Shown piece by piece: positions 27,566 to 40,700 of a stretch of DNA of 64,000 nucleotides; positions within the stretch are counted from its first letter, which is position 1, and every line of letters begins with the position of its first letter. Source of the stretch: Marsupella aquatica (taxonomy: Eukaryota > Plantae > Marchantiophyta); assembly GCA_973895155.1 (NCBI GenBank), contig OZ316891.1, positions 27,689,561 through 27,753,560 on the forward strand, in the 5' to 3' direction. The notes below the pieces were generated by a model. That model had not been told where the DNA came from, searched no databases, and saw nothing but the letters and a program-made list of their open reading frames with translations. Position numbers and translations under genes: made by a program.

Positions 27566-29451
27566 GACTAGATTGGTATCTATAGTTACATAGTAACTAC
27601 AGGCGAACTGAATGTAAATGACTAACATGAATATTATCTGAGTAAAGGTTTGGGAGAGAGATTTAATCTAAGCTTATCAGTTCCAAAAGATGACATTAGA
27701 AAACAAGGGCATGAAACAAACATGGAGAATGAACTGAAGAATTGTTTTTTACACATGGACCACATGGAAAACAAGCCAAAAAGTTATTGGATAAAACATC
27801 TTGTGGGAATCCAAGATTCAAAAGGTTGTCCCGAAAAGGAAATCCAGTGAATGCACTTAGGGATTGAAGCAACTCTTCCTTCACCAGGGGGGCTCATGAG
27901 CCACTTCTCAGCTGCCCAGGTTAGGTTCAGAAAGGGTGCAGTCGGGAAATGAACCTCTTTCTGACCAGGACCATAATTCCATAAATGACATTTCCCTGCC
28001 ATGGAAGGTAACATTGGCTGGGGCCATTGCTGCTAGACTGGTTTTGAAGAGTTTTGAGAAACAGGGCTTCTAAATTTAGTTCCTTAGTTTGCATAATGTG
28101 TCCCGAGACACATGGCCATATGGTCAACATTGTTGTCCCATAAAATTGTATTTCTCAATAATTGAGTCCCTTAGTCCAATGGACTGTTGAATTGTTGCCT
28201 AGTGGGTACTAGAGAGTTTGTGATTGACATCTAACCAGCTGTTCTGACCAAAGTAAAGTATGTAATTCTTGCATCTGTCATCACCTTCCACAAAGCAAGT
28301 GTGTGCAAACTCAATTTTGCTCACCAGTCCGACTTCTCTGACTGTGCTCTGCCCGGAGTAGCCAGGAATTCCAGCAGCAGCTCTTGAAGAAGGAACTACC
28401 AAATTTGAGTTGTCAAGAGGACTAACTGAGAAGCATGTAGGGGTTGAGCAGCATGCAAGAGGACTAACTGAGCAGCATGTAGGGTTTGAGCAGCATGCGT
28501 CAAAACAAGGTCATCAGGGACCATACCAGGACTTTGGCTCTGGCAGGGTTTCCTACCCCTCCCCCAAAGAAAGAAGAAGAAGAAGAAAATAGAGATACTT
28601 GCATGCAGCCAGAATAGAGATACTTGCATGCCGCGAGTGTAGCAAAACATAGCAAATTTCACATGTGTGGTTGAGGAACACTTGGATTTGTGGACATGGC
28701 ATCTTCTTGGCTTGGTGTATGCTTTAGGATACCAAGTGCAATCTTGACCTTTTTAAATTTTATAAGCGAATATTCTTTGTTAATTTGAATTTTGAATCGT
28801 CTATCTTACTCTAGAAAAGGTACAAGTGGGAAATAGTATTCTATCTTTCTTATATAGACCTTAATTAACTTCTTACTCTTTATTAGAATTTGGCCAAACA
28901 AATATGGAAATATTGATTTCGGATAGCTTGAGGTTCCTACAGTGTTTTGTAGTTGACCCGGGGGTATCTTGATAACAAAACTAAAATATTGGGGTGTTTT
29001 CAGTATAACTCCTCAAAAAGGTACCAAATATGGAGATGCTCTAAGAGCAGAGTTCACAACAGCCACTTAATCTTATTATTCAATGGTGGCCAAGAGCATC
29101 TCCAACTTCTTTGCAGCCTGGGCATCTCGAGTGTTGACCTTGAAATGTAACGCTCAATGTCATTTATTAGCTTTTGCTGCAAAGGGAGATTTTGTTCATT
29201 CTATATAGTGTAAAAAAGCTGAAATGCTTTCAACAAAATGTGGTCATCACCAAAAAGTAGAATTTGTACATGGCACCCTAGAATATATATCACATTGCCA
29301 ACAAAGAAAATGCACCAAAACGGGAAACAGGATCACAAAGGCAGAAGACCCAATAAAGGGGAGTTGACTATTTAATGTACAACAACGCCCTGTTTTTCTA
29401 GCGATTGTGAGCTGTCATGCCCTGGGATAACAAAGGGTAACATACACTTGA

Positions 29452-29920
29452 GTTCCTCAAACTGGTCAAAATTACTAATCTGGCCCCCAAATTATTTTGA
29501 TAATAATCAGGTTTCCCTCCATTTTGTCCATAGGTGGGCTTAACTTGACTCGAGTAACCCTAGACAGCACGCAATTGGTTCATGGACACAGGAAGTTTCA
29601 CAATTTGCCCAAGAGACCCCCTCCAACCTTACATTTACCCTCAACCCGGTTTCTACTATCCAACACTCACCATAAAGCAGGTGTTGACTATTGTCTACAA
29701 GCAAAAACTGTGACATTTTGGCCCCCCTTGCTTCCCCCATTTCTACAGTCAGAGTGGGTTAGCTTGGACAACTACGAGTCTCGACGTGTCCACAGACCAG
29801 TTACATGGCATCTTGGGTTAGCCTAGTTTGGGTCAGTCAATCCATATGCAGAATGGAGAGCAACCTGATAATTGAATTAGTTCTGGAGACAGGCTAGTAA
29901 TTTCAACCAGTTTAAGGAGC
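29452..29920. mobile_element. Non-autonomous Mutator-like element with ~75-bp TIRs
   Basis: ttcctcaaactggtcaaaattactaatctg...atcaggtttccctccattttg is matched inversely by cagaatggagagcaacctgat...caggctagtaatttcaaccagtttaaggag. Confidence 0.7.
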
Positions 29921-30732
29921 CAAAAGTTGGTTTGAGCTATGCAGCCACCTCTTGCTTGCAGGCCACCAAAATTGGAACTACAACAAAATAAAACCTTCAC
30001 ATTATTGAAGTTGTAATAACAAAAGGTGCCTGTGAAAAAGATGAAATAATTTAAACATAGAGCAGAGGGGGAAGTATCTTACTGTACTGGAATAAGGGTA
30101 CGAGAGTTACTTTGGTTCACTCTCAATTTCATGGGATTTATCAACAACTCCCCTACTCCACGTGAGTACCTTCAATGATAAAATCCACTCCAAATATATA
30201 TAGGACATGGGGAACAAAGATCTCATTGAGGTTGCCACTAAACTGATGAGAATAGTTTTACAATATCCCATGCTTACGATCAGGCAATTGACTGCAACTA
30301 AGGTACCATGAAGAAATGGTCAAAGGTGTGCATCTGGAAATCTGAAATCCACTTAAACCACCACCGTCCATGAAGTTGTATGAGGACAAAATAGTCCTAT
30401 TTCCCCTACTTTCTTTTACTCTGTTAAGAACATTATTGACTAATTAGGATGACTTGGACCGACCACAGTGGCAGTTTAAACCCTCTTGCTTTGAATGAGG
30501 TCCTCTCTTTTAAGTACTTTAAATAATTAGCGGGCTCAGAAGTGAGCTTGGAAGCCTGAAGGGTTTAGGTTAATTAAACATCTGCCCCAGTGGATGCCAT
30601 CTGGCACAGGTCCTGAATAATGGGCATTTTACAGAGTGGTCCAGTTTTGGTTGGCTTTGCACCAGAGCGATCACTAAAACTTTCCAGGCATCTGGAAAAG
30701 TAAAAATGCAGACTGGAAATTTTGGCTCATTG

Positions 30733-30801
30733 TTTTTTTTTGTTGGGGGGGGGGGGGGGGGGGCGCGCGTGGGTACCCTGACTTGCCAAAATGCATCAAG
30801 C

Positions 30802-30839
<38 letters not shown>
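30733..30839. repeat. Poly-T/poly-G run and (CA)n microsatellite
   Basis: G-run at ~30745-30763 and CA repeat at ~30804-30839. Confidence 0.9.
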
Positions 30840-30840
<1 letters not shown>

Positions 30841-31840
30841 ACATGGTTGTATATGAACTCTCTCAAACTTTCCCTCCGTGCTACCTGCATTGGATACTCT
30901 GCCACCGACACCGTCCTAGACTTTGAACCAATGCAAACTTAGATATTCTTCAACTGGGAGGGAAGGATGGTGCAGGCCTGTAATCAGCCCCATGAATTTC
31001 ACATAGGACAGCCAGAGGCCACAAAATCCCTGTGAATGTTCTAAGTTTTTCTGGTGGATCTGTTTCGAGGAAAAGGTACCCAATTATGTTCTCAAAGTTC
31101 ATAATGCTAGTCTTCTCCCCCAATTTATCCAATTGTTGGGCATCTTTTTGTTAGTCCTCTCTTTGGAGACATTTTTCTCTCATGTTTTGTTTTTCATCAC
31201 TGGCACATCACTTGTCCCAGTAGCTGACTTAGTTATGACACTAGATGCAGACAATTAGCTCAAACTTAGTTAAGACACTTGATGTGTGGACCATTTTCTC
31301 ATCAGTCTATTGGAGTGGTAGAGATTTGTTTGTTTTTTTCCTTTTCCCTCTTTCTAGGTTTTAGAGGTTTGCATTTGCCCTCTTCTTTTGAGTTTGGTGT
31401 TTGCTTTGGACCTCTTTTGCTTTTACTGCATTGTACATTTATTTGGCCCCTTTCTTGTAAATTATGACCACTTGTAATTTTTCCAGTAAACTTTGAAAGT
31501 CTTCTTCCGCTGCAAAGACTCTCGCCAAGAGGGCCAAGCACTTGCCAAACAAAAAGCATACTATCTTTTCAACTTCTGATGGTGAAATTCAGAACAGGCA
31601 AGGCAAAATCAATAACACATTCTTCAATGTTGTAACCTCTTGTTGAAAATTATAAAAGGCTTAGCCACAATTTCTAATGATTTGTCTTCTGGTGAAGTAA
31701 AATGTACTCAACAAACGAGAAACATCGTTGGAATGCAGTGTTTTTAAGGACAACTGTACCACATGCATGCTGCACAAGGCACCAACATTATTGAATGCAT
31801 GTAGCGCAAGACAGATTCTGGTAAACTTTAAACTGTCCTC

Positions 31841-32020
31841 GAATACATCAATTTCATAAGACTGTTCTGAAATGATGTTGGTACTCAAACCATTTTCTAT
31901 AATACTTTGTAATCGAATGCATCAATTTTAGAGAACTGTTCTGAAATGATTGAGATACTCATGCATTTTATAGAAGTTATCATCGAATGCATCAGTTTTA
32001 GACGACAGTCCTAAAACGAG
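31841..32020. repeat. Degenerate ~72-bp tandem repeat (about 2.5 units)
   Basis: gaat(a/g)catca(a/g)ttt...ctgttctgaaatgat recurs. Confidence 0.65.
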
Positions 32021-32317
32021 ATGTTAATTTTTAGCAATTATCTTTATTAATAAAGTCGAAGTTTTTACATACTAGTCATAATTGTGGGTCATTTCTTACT
32101 CGTCTTACTCTTCCCAAAACATTCGTAGTCAGAAATTCTGGACGTATTTCAGTGGACCCGAAATGCTTACAATCAAGGCAAAGAAAGTTTGCATTATTTT
32201 GGGTCGTTTCTATATACAGCTCTCGTTTTCTTCACAATGAGGAATCATTTTTATCTCTTATGCCCTTCTTACTCTCAGTAGCTGTGCGTGACGAAAGGTC
32301 CACCAGTGGCGACACAG

Positions 32318-32680
32318 TGCCCTCAAATGCCTGACCCAGGTCAAACGTTTCAATCCAGCAAAACAATCACAGAATCCTACAGTTAAGATTCCGAACCATT
32401 CAAGACATAAGGAATCAATGCAAGTGTAGAAATAGGTGAGATAATGTGAAACACTCACTAACTACCCTCAAATGTGCCCCCAAGTCGAAAGTTTCAATCC
32501 AAACAGATCAATCCCTGAATCCTACAGTTCAGATTCCGAATCATTCTAGACTTAAGAATCAATGTACGTGTCCGAATATATGAGACAATGTGAGACACTC
32601 AATAAATTGCCCTCAAATGTCTGACCCACGTCAACCATCACTGAATTCTAGAGTTCGTATTCTGAACCATGCGAGACTTT
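32318..32680. repeat. Degenerate ~145-bp tandem repeat (about 2.5 units)
   Basis: ccctcaaatg...gtttcaatcca...gaatcctacagtt.agattccgaa.catt recurs. Confidence 0.75.
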
Positions 32681-34705
32681 AATGAACTACCGTATGCGAG
32701 TGTAGACGTAGCTAATACGATGTCAGCACAAACAAGAAAACCATCCTTGCATCCTTGCCTGCCGGTAATCGCACATCAAAATATGGTAATATAAAGTGTG
32801 CTGTCTTACCGGCACATCAAAATATGGCAATATAAAGTATATGGTAATATAAAGTGTGCCGTCATTGATTTAAGATTTATCCTGGCATGGAGTGATGTCG
32901 AAAACCATGGGACAGAGAGATGCCTAGTCCCACCAACTCTGGACCAACAATGACCGGACAAGAACCACGACTCCGAGACTAATAATGGGGCATCCGTCCA
33001 TGAACATAAAGCAGGCCCTCCAAAACTTGGAAGTCCACGAATGACTACGATAGCTGACATACTCTATTGAAGCCTTCCCAACTGAGCACCTTCTATCACT
33101 ACTCATTGCTGCAACAGAGCTAAGTATAGGCCGATTCCAAGTCCATGAAACGAGCTTATTGGATTGTTCGTTGTCCACACGGTCACCATCCGTCAGACGA
33201 TTGTGAATGCATGGAAGATACAGACTACAGTTCCAACCAATCCCCAGCCTGTAGTCTCTTTGAAATCCACAAATGCTCAAGAGATTCAAGCTGCAAAGCC
33301 ATTCTTGATAATCCGAATGTATTTCAATCAGGTCCGCATTGACCGTCTTTTATTTCAGGGTACAAGGTAACGGGGATTAGAGTGCATTTTGTTAAAAAAA
33401 CACCCTATTTTCTTGAATTACTACTATAATTGAGCTGCTGAAATCTCCTGAGGTGGAAACTACAAGGATTTTTATTTACCTTATCTGAAACCTTTAATCC
33501 TGCCACAATTGGTATACCTTGTTGTATAGCATCTTGTACCACGTTATGCTGTTGAAAACGCACACAGTTCCATAACTCTTGATCAGAATTCAATGATCCT
33601 GACTAGGGGTGTACCAGACAATCACCTCAACGAGTGGATTCCACACCAGCTAAACATATGACACAGGCCACCTTACAGTAATAGCATCTGCACAGGATGC
33701 AGTGATGCGGCCACATCCAGGAAGGGACGAATAGCCTGTAAAATACCCCCATGGAATAATGCCTAGCCCAGCTTTTTACGTTTTGATTATGTCAATCTTT
33801 GATAGATGGGGAAAGGGATCTAGCACCATCCTACAAACTACAACCGACGAAAGTACCGAGTGTGACATCACGATGCAAGTAATGAGGCTGTAGATTTCAG
33901 CCCACACGAACTAGTGTGACGAAATCCTACAGAACATGTGGAACCTGAAAGTTCCTATCAAACAGAGCGAATACTTCAAAAACCCTTCCTTCGCTTGATA
34001 AAACATGGCAAACACAAGTAGGGGCTGGGCGGAAACTTGAAGACTATAGGCAAAAACACAAAACTCACAATACCAATTTTGTTCTCGTTCAGTGACACCT
34101 AATGCAGAACATATGTTCTACATCTTATATTTCTCAAATTTAAACATGATTTCTGTAGATAAAGCTTGCCCTGAGTTATTCACCCTCCATCCTGTGACGC
34201 AGACAGGGGAAGGAGTGGTCCTCTTGACAGCATTTGTAAGTTTGGGCATAAGTAGCTTACCCCACAAGTCAACTCCATCTCAATCATCATAGGGCCATTG
34301 ATTGATGGAAGGACAATGACTACACCTTAAAGTGGAAGAAGCTTTTCAAACCCAGTCCAATAGAAAAATCTGCGAACAATAACAAGCTGAAGAAGTCAGG
34401 CTGAATTCATTATGAAAAAAAATGACCCAAACTTCCGAACTTGAGCTACGTGTTTCATTTTTACTTGAAAACACCATAATCAAGAAAAAGTCCGTGCGAT
34501 ACCTTGATGTACTTACAGTGAAGATTGCCATTTAGTCACAAGAAAAATGTCCATGATGCTGCATTGGAAGCCCTTCCGCCAGCCCTTTCTCTTTGGTGGG
34601 CGGTGTCTAACCTTTCAAATATCTAAGGGAGTGGAAGCCGCCTCCCTACAGGGGACTTTAGAGTTAAAAATTGAATTCCCGCCATTGGTTTATGGTAAAC
34701 AAATG

Positions 34706-37700
34706 CTACGTTTGCAAGAGCTTCTGCAATTCGCCAAGAAGAATTGGATGGAGGCGGGACATTGCAGCGTTAAAAGCAGCATCCCCATGTAGCGCTGCAC
34801 ACGTTTGTAACTTTTCTTTTAACAGTGGGGCCAATGCTAAATTATTGATGGGATCAGCGCCAAGGACCTGCGAAAGATTCATCAGCTTCACGTCAACCCA
34901 GATTATGTTCATGACGTTGTCTACCAACACGCAAGGTAAAAGATGTACACCTTGCTGCAACACATTCAACGATCTCCAATAGTAGGTTTATTGATATTGT
35001 ACCTTGTTAATATAAATTTGATCGGCTGGCGTAGAGGTCTTGAATACAACATCATTATAAGAGCATTGCATGCAGGCTTTGAAGGGTGAACTAATCATGA
35101 ATAGGACCAGAGAGACTACTAAACGAACCTGTCTCTTTCTTGATTCTTCACTCTCAACAGATCCCACGGACTCACCATCTCCCTGATTCGCATTGGAAGC
35201 CCAATAACTGTGGTTGTAATCAGCCCACCCAATTACAAGTCAGCGATAAAATCTTCAAACACCTCAACCAGAGAAAAGTCATCCACATCAAAATCATCCC
35301 GAAGTACCTTGAGGGAACTTCATTTTTCTCCTCTTCAGTCTCATGAAGGACGCTTGTGCATACACTGCAGTCGATCACACGTTTAAAGTAGCATTAACAT
35401 CAGAAATAACGAACTGCTGAACCCACTACCACGCTCCTGCTAGCCAAAATAACGAGAGGAACACAAAATCTATCAACAGAACATTTTTGCAATATGAATT
35501 GAGCACCTATACTGTGCATCTCCTGCTTAGTTTCCTATCTATCATGATAGATCCCATTTCCAACAGACTACCACTTCCTCCTTAACTTTGTGAGTCATTA
35601 GATATTATAGCAGATTGCGGACAGGCAAGAATCCAAACCTGAGAATTTGCTCGAGCCTATCTAAAATTTGTGACTCCCGCAGAGTGAGCAGAATGCAGAG
35701 AGCTAATGCGCACACCTTCCGTTTGCCTAAAGTTGTTAAAGAATCAATCTGCAAAAGGCCACCGCAAGCACATAAGCTGTATGATTTTGACGAATTCACC
35801 CCAGAGAAATGCGGAAACATGAGCACTAAAAACGAAACCATCTAAACATTTGGCCCTACTACAAAACGAGAAAGATAAGTTACGACAGGCCCCTGCGACT
35901 ACAGGGATGACAAGATCTTTACGAAGTGGTGGCAGTCACTATTACCTTATCAAGCCATGCATCAAAGAACAAAAAAACAGCACTTTGATCTGTTGCAGTC
36001 ACCCCCGACTGATGAAGAGCAGCTGCCAGGGACGGTTTCGTGGTGAACTGAGCAAAGAACGGACTGTTTTGGACAAGAATCCTTCCCAAAATTGCTCCTG
36101 AGGATGCTCTCACTATATCTGATTCGTTTCGACCATTGACCACAAGAACCACAAGCTTCTGAATACATGAACAAGATAACAGAATCAGTGGCAAGGAAAC
36201 AAGTCGTAATGCCGTGAATATCGTTTTGAAAGCTCTAAATTGAAACTTGGATAGTTAGACTACACCGTAAATCCTCTTTTATCCTCTGTTATCAATTGCG
36301 GGTAGAAGTATTATATCCCTGGAAGCTATTAAGCTGCTTGACTTGACAAGAAAAATAGGTCCCCGATAGCATTTGAATGGATAGTTCTCATTTGATTACC
36401 TGCAAAACTGGCTCAAGAAGGGAAGGTGCATCCGCAGGGAAACACTGGACCAACGAACACGGAAGAGAAACAATTGTTAGCACTCTGCTAGACATAGCAC
36501 TTTTAAGTAAAAGAAGCTATTTAAAAGTCACCAATAATCTTACACAACTTTTGCAACAATCAGCGCTTCTGAAGCTGTGATTTGCACCTGGATGAGGGTA
36601 TCAACAACAGGCAGAGCGCACATCATTCCTTTCTCATTGACATTCCCAACAACACTATCCAAGATTTTCACCACGTCACCAGCATGGTGACGAAGAAACT
36701 CTGCACCTCCGAGGAGGATGTAGCTCTCAATGATATTCATTCCAACCTGCAGTTCCATCATCAACGCTAGGAAGTTACTAAACCTGCTGTTTATTTGAAC
36801 AGCTTGTCTACCTCGTCAACCTTGAAACACGTGTGTACAAGGTGGAATCACACATCTCAACCTTCGAGAACCGATACTCACACAACCAACCACTAGTGTT
36901 TATTCAGTGAAAAAAAAAAGGACTACAATATTCTATAGAGGAACACTACGAAGTGCAAATCACCTGGAGATGATCAAAACTCTTTTCCATGACTGCCACA
37001 AGATGAGGAAATAAGGCCAATAATTGGGGTAGCATCGCCGGTGCGTGTCTGAGAGTGGTCTGCCACAACTGCCATCACCGACGCAGTGCACAGTATAAGT
37101 TCAGATTAGATCTTGCTAGGAAGCCCATTCGAAATTGTTCGTCCACAGCAAAGTTCTCCTTCATCCGGGAGAGAATTTGGTCATGCAGGTGACAATCTTT
37201 TCATCACCTCAACAAAGAAAAAGTAAATCCAAAAACACACTGATTCAGAATAGCCAAAAACTTAACCTAAAGAACCACTCAGTCAAAAGCAAATACCAGC
37301 ATTCCGTCCTCCAACATGTTGAGTTCATCTGGTTGATTAACATCAGTACTGTATTGTAATATAGGAAAGAGTAGTTCGTAGCAGATCGGGGATTGTGGCC
37401 CTAGAGCCATCAAGAGCCGTTGCAATGCCAAAATCACTTGAATTCGTAACAAACTTTGCCCCTCTGAAGCCTGCCATACCTGCAATGATGGAAGACATGG
37501 CACTCAGGGAAACCTTGCTGCTGCCAATGCCTCACAGCGCCTACAACCTCTCTCCAAAATGCTTAAGAGAGGAGGTTAAGAGGATAGAGCAGCTAGATTT
37601 AATCCGTAGACAGGACAGATCAAGTTGAGGCCAACTAAGCCTCTTAGAATAATGTCAATTAATGAAAGAAACACAAACCTGAGGTAGGAAGGACATGATC

Positions 37701-40700
37701 TTCTCAACACAAGGTAAAACCTTTTCGCCGAGTCGTTCGATAATAAGAGAGACCAGATTAAATATTTGAAGCTAAACAAAACAACAGCGAACACGTCCTT
37801 AGTCTTGTCTGTCAAGAATGTAAAAGGAGCTATGATCAGACAGGGTACAGCTCGTCATCAACCCCAACAATCGAAGACTCAGAACAGGGAAATCCTTTAA
37901 TAAGCAGAGATACAACAGAAGAAAGGAACTTTTTTGATCCTTGTTGTTAAGTGACGAAGAAGAGAAGAAAAATAGTAATCCATACATATTTACTAGTTTG
38001 ACGGAGGCTTATGAAGAACTCGAACACTCAATTTGAGAACATTCTGTGGAGAAAATGTGTCCGAGCCTACAACATCATATCCTATGAGTTTACCTTGGAG
38101 TCAAACTCCTGAGCTGTGCGCATGAATTGAAACAAGAACTGTAGGCAGGTTGGAACAAACTCTACGAATTCCTCTTCATAGAAATGTACATCGTCAATCA
38201 AGTTGTGTAGTGAGCGGCAGGCTGCAAGCTGAGCAACACCAGAGGGAAAGAACCTTAGATCCCTGTTTTAATGTAACGAAGAAGAGAAGTACAATAGTAA
38301 TCCATACATATTTTCAAGTTTGATAGAGTTTTCGAGGCATGGCAAGAACTTGCAAACTCAATTTGAGAGAAAATTCGTTCCTGCGTTTGAAGACCAAACG
38401 AAATAAAAGGGCTTCCACTGGATTGGCACAAGGCACAAAGACGACAAAGCAGGATCCGAAAGTTCACAACGAAAACAAGGGATACTTGCACGGTTTACAA
38501 ACAATTCTTACCTTGACAGCGAGGTCCTCATCGCCAAGGAGGACTAGCAAGGCCATGTATATTGGTCTCCTCATTTCATCTTTGATCTGTTTCACAATAC
38601 ATATCAGACATCCTGTTATAGAAACTTACCACTTGTATTTTGCCACCTTTATCGCACATAATACAAGTGGTAGACATTCGGCTATCTATTCTGAGTCACA
38701 AAGGATATCTGTTGAAGTCAGGACAGTGGAAAGTCCATGCCATGAGACATCCCTTGCACCTCTATTCCGGTGAAACTACAACTCACAAGTCTCCGTAGGC
38801 TATAGCCCATAATCAGCTTTAAGGTTGCAATTGGAGACCGCTGTACCACACATTCAAACAAATATATTACTGAAAGCGAATGCAATCAATACCTTGCTCA
38901 CCCACTGGCCTACCAGCCAAGCAACTCTTCTTCGCAGGATGCGTCCGTTAGGATGTCCATTTTGAAGTTCCTGAGAAAGCGAACTTTCGTACCTGGTGAT
39001 AGATGTAGCGTTGAGTCCGTCAGAAATGCTAATTGCCTTGTCAAGAATAGAAAAGTTCACTCCCTTTTCATTCCTATGGCTATGGTTAGAAGAAGATGTG
39101 CCTTGATCCACATATGAACTGTGATGCGCTTGACAGTAGAAAATGACCAATATACCCAACCGAATGATGAGAGGGCTCACCAAGATTTAAAGTCAATGTA
39201 GTCATAGAGGTCATAGTTAGCTACTCCAACGGCATTGTAGACAGCTTCCTTCAGAAGCAATCCTTGTGTTATTTGAACATCGGCAGTGGGACCTGCTGGA
39301 GGACAGTTCTCCGCAGCTTGCTTTAGCATTTCTACCACCAGTGGGGCCAACACCTGCAAAAAATGAGCCATACAAGGACCGTCAGCCTAGTTGTGAAGAC
39401 AGATTGGGTCTTCTGAGAAGTGACAAACAATTTTATTACATGGGCCTCCAGTGACTTCCAGATACAGCTCCAACCCCCAATTTCATATCTCTCTAGTATC
39501 CCGACAACATCAAACGGACCAGCCTCCTCGCCTCGATGTTCATCAGCATAGGCAATTTCATGACTGCGACTTGAAGTGTCAAGGCTGTTTGTAGACAGTG
39601 ACTCTCTTTCCTCGTTACGATCCTGACCTTAAATATTAGCAATCTTGTCGAAGATATGGCATCCTGCCTCGGAAAACTGACAACGATTATGAAAACAATG
39701 GCTAGTTGGAAGACACAGTAAAAATATCCTGCACACGTAGATAACCTCAAGTTTAAACAGTAGAGAAACCGATCACAACTATAAAAGTTCTTGAGGACAG
39801 GGAACGACTCCTTGCCTCCCGATGCCTTTCAAAGAGAGCTAAATATAGTGATTCAGCACAGGGTCGAAGCTTCTCCCTAAATTGGACCATCTCCTGCTCA
39901 TGGTGGAAGGCTTCAGGCTCCTGAGCCCACTCCTCAAGATCGTCACTAGTAAGAACAAAATACCTGTAGGTGGAAATAAGAAAGAGGTTAGGTGCAGAGC
40001 AGAGTAAACAATCTACGATAAGAGTGAAGGGAAATCTGGGGTTACTAGGAATAATTTACTTCTCAACTGCGATTTCTTCTGGCATGCAGTCCCTAATCTC
40101 TGACTACAAGAACGAGACTAGTGTACGAGGAGTATATCTTCCAGAATTTATATTTCAGTCCGAATTGAGTTCACCTTCGAACAAGAATTTCAGATAACAA
40201 AACCAGCCGCTGTTTGTCCAACAGAGAGAGTAAAATCTCCTCCGCTTGTCCAGCTAAATTGCCTTTTGTCTCTTCCATAGATTGTGTCATCTGTCCAACG
40301 ACACGTCCTGACTTGATGGATCGGTATGCCACACACTGAATGACAGACTGAATGAACAGCATGCATTTTATGAGAAAATTCTCGAACATATTGCTATCAC
40401 CACTTTGTTCGGTGACTTGGATATAACAAAAGTCCAGAACCACTGGAAGAACACTTTTATTGCTGAAAGAATATGGATGAACGCCTTGCACTTCCACTAG
40501 GGTCTTCATCAGTCTTAAGCATGCCTTCTCCACAAACTCTCGAATAGCTGGAACCGCACCTGTGCTCCCGTGGCCCAAAGGATGTTAAGCACGGACTTCA
40601 CAACTTTCAATACAAACGTCTGGCGGTCATGGATTGGCTCACTAGGATAAACATCAATAAGATAAAGAGAGTTGCATGACTCTCTAGTCTACAGTTCCTC

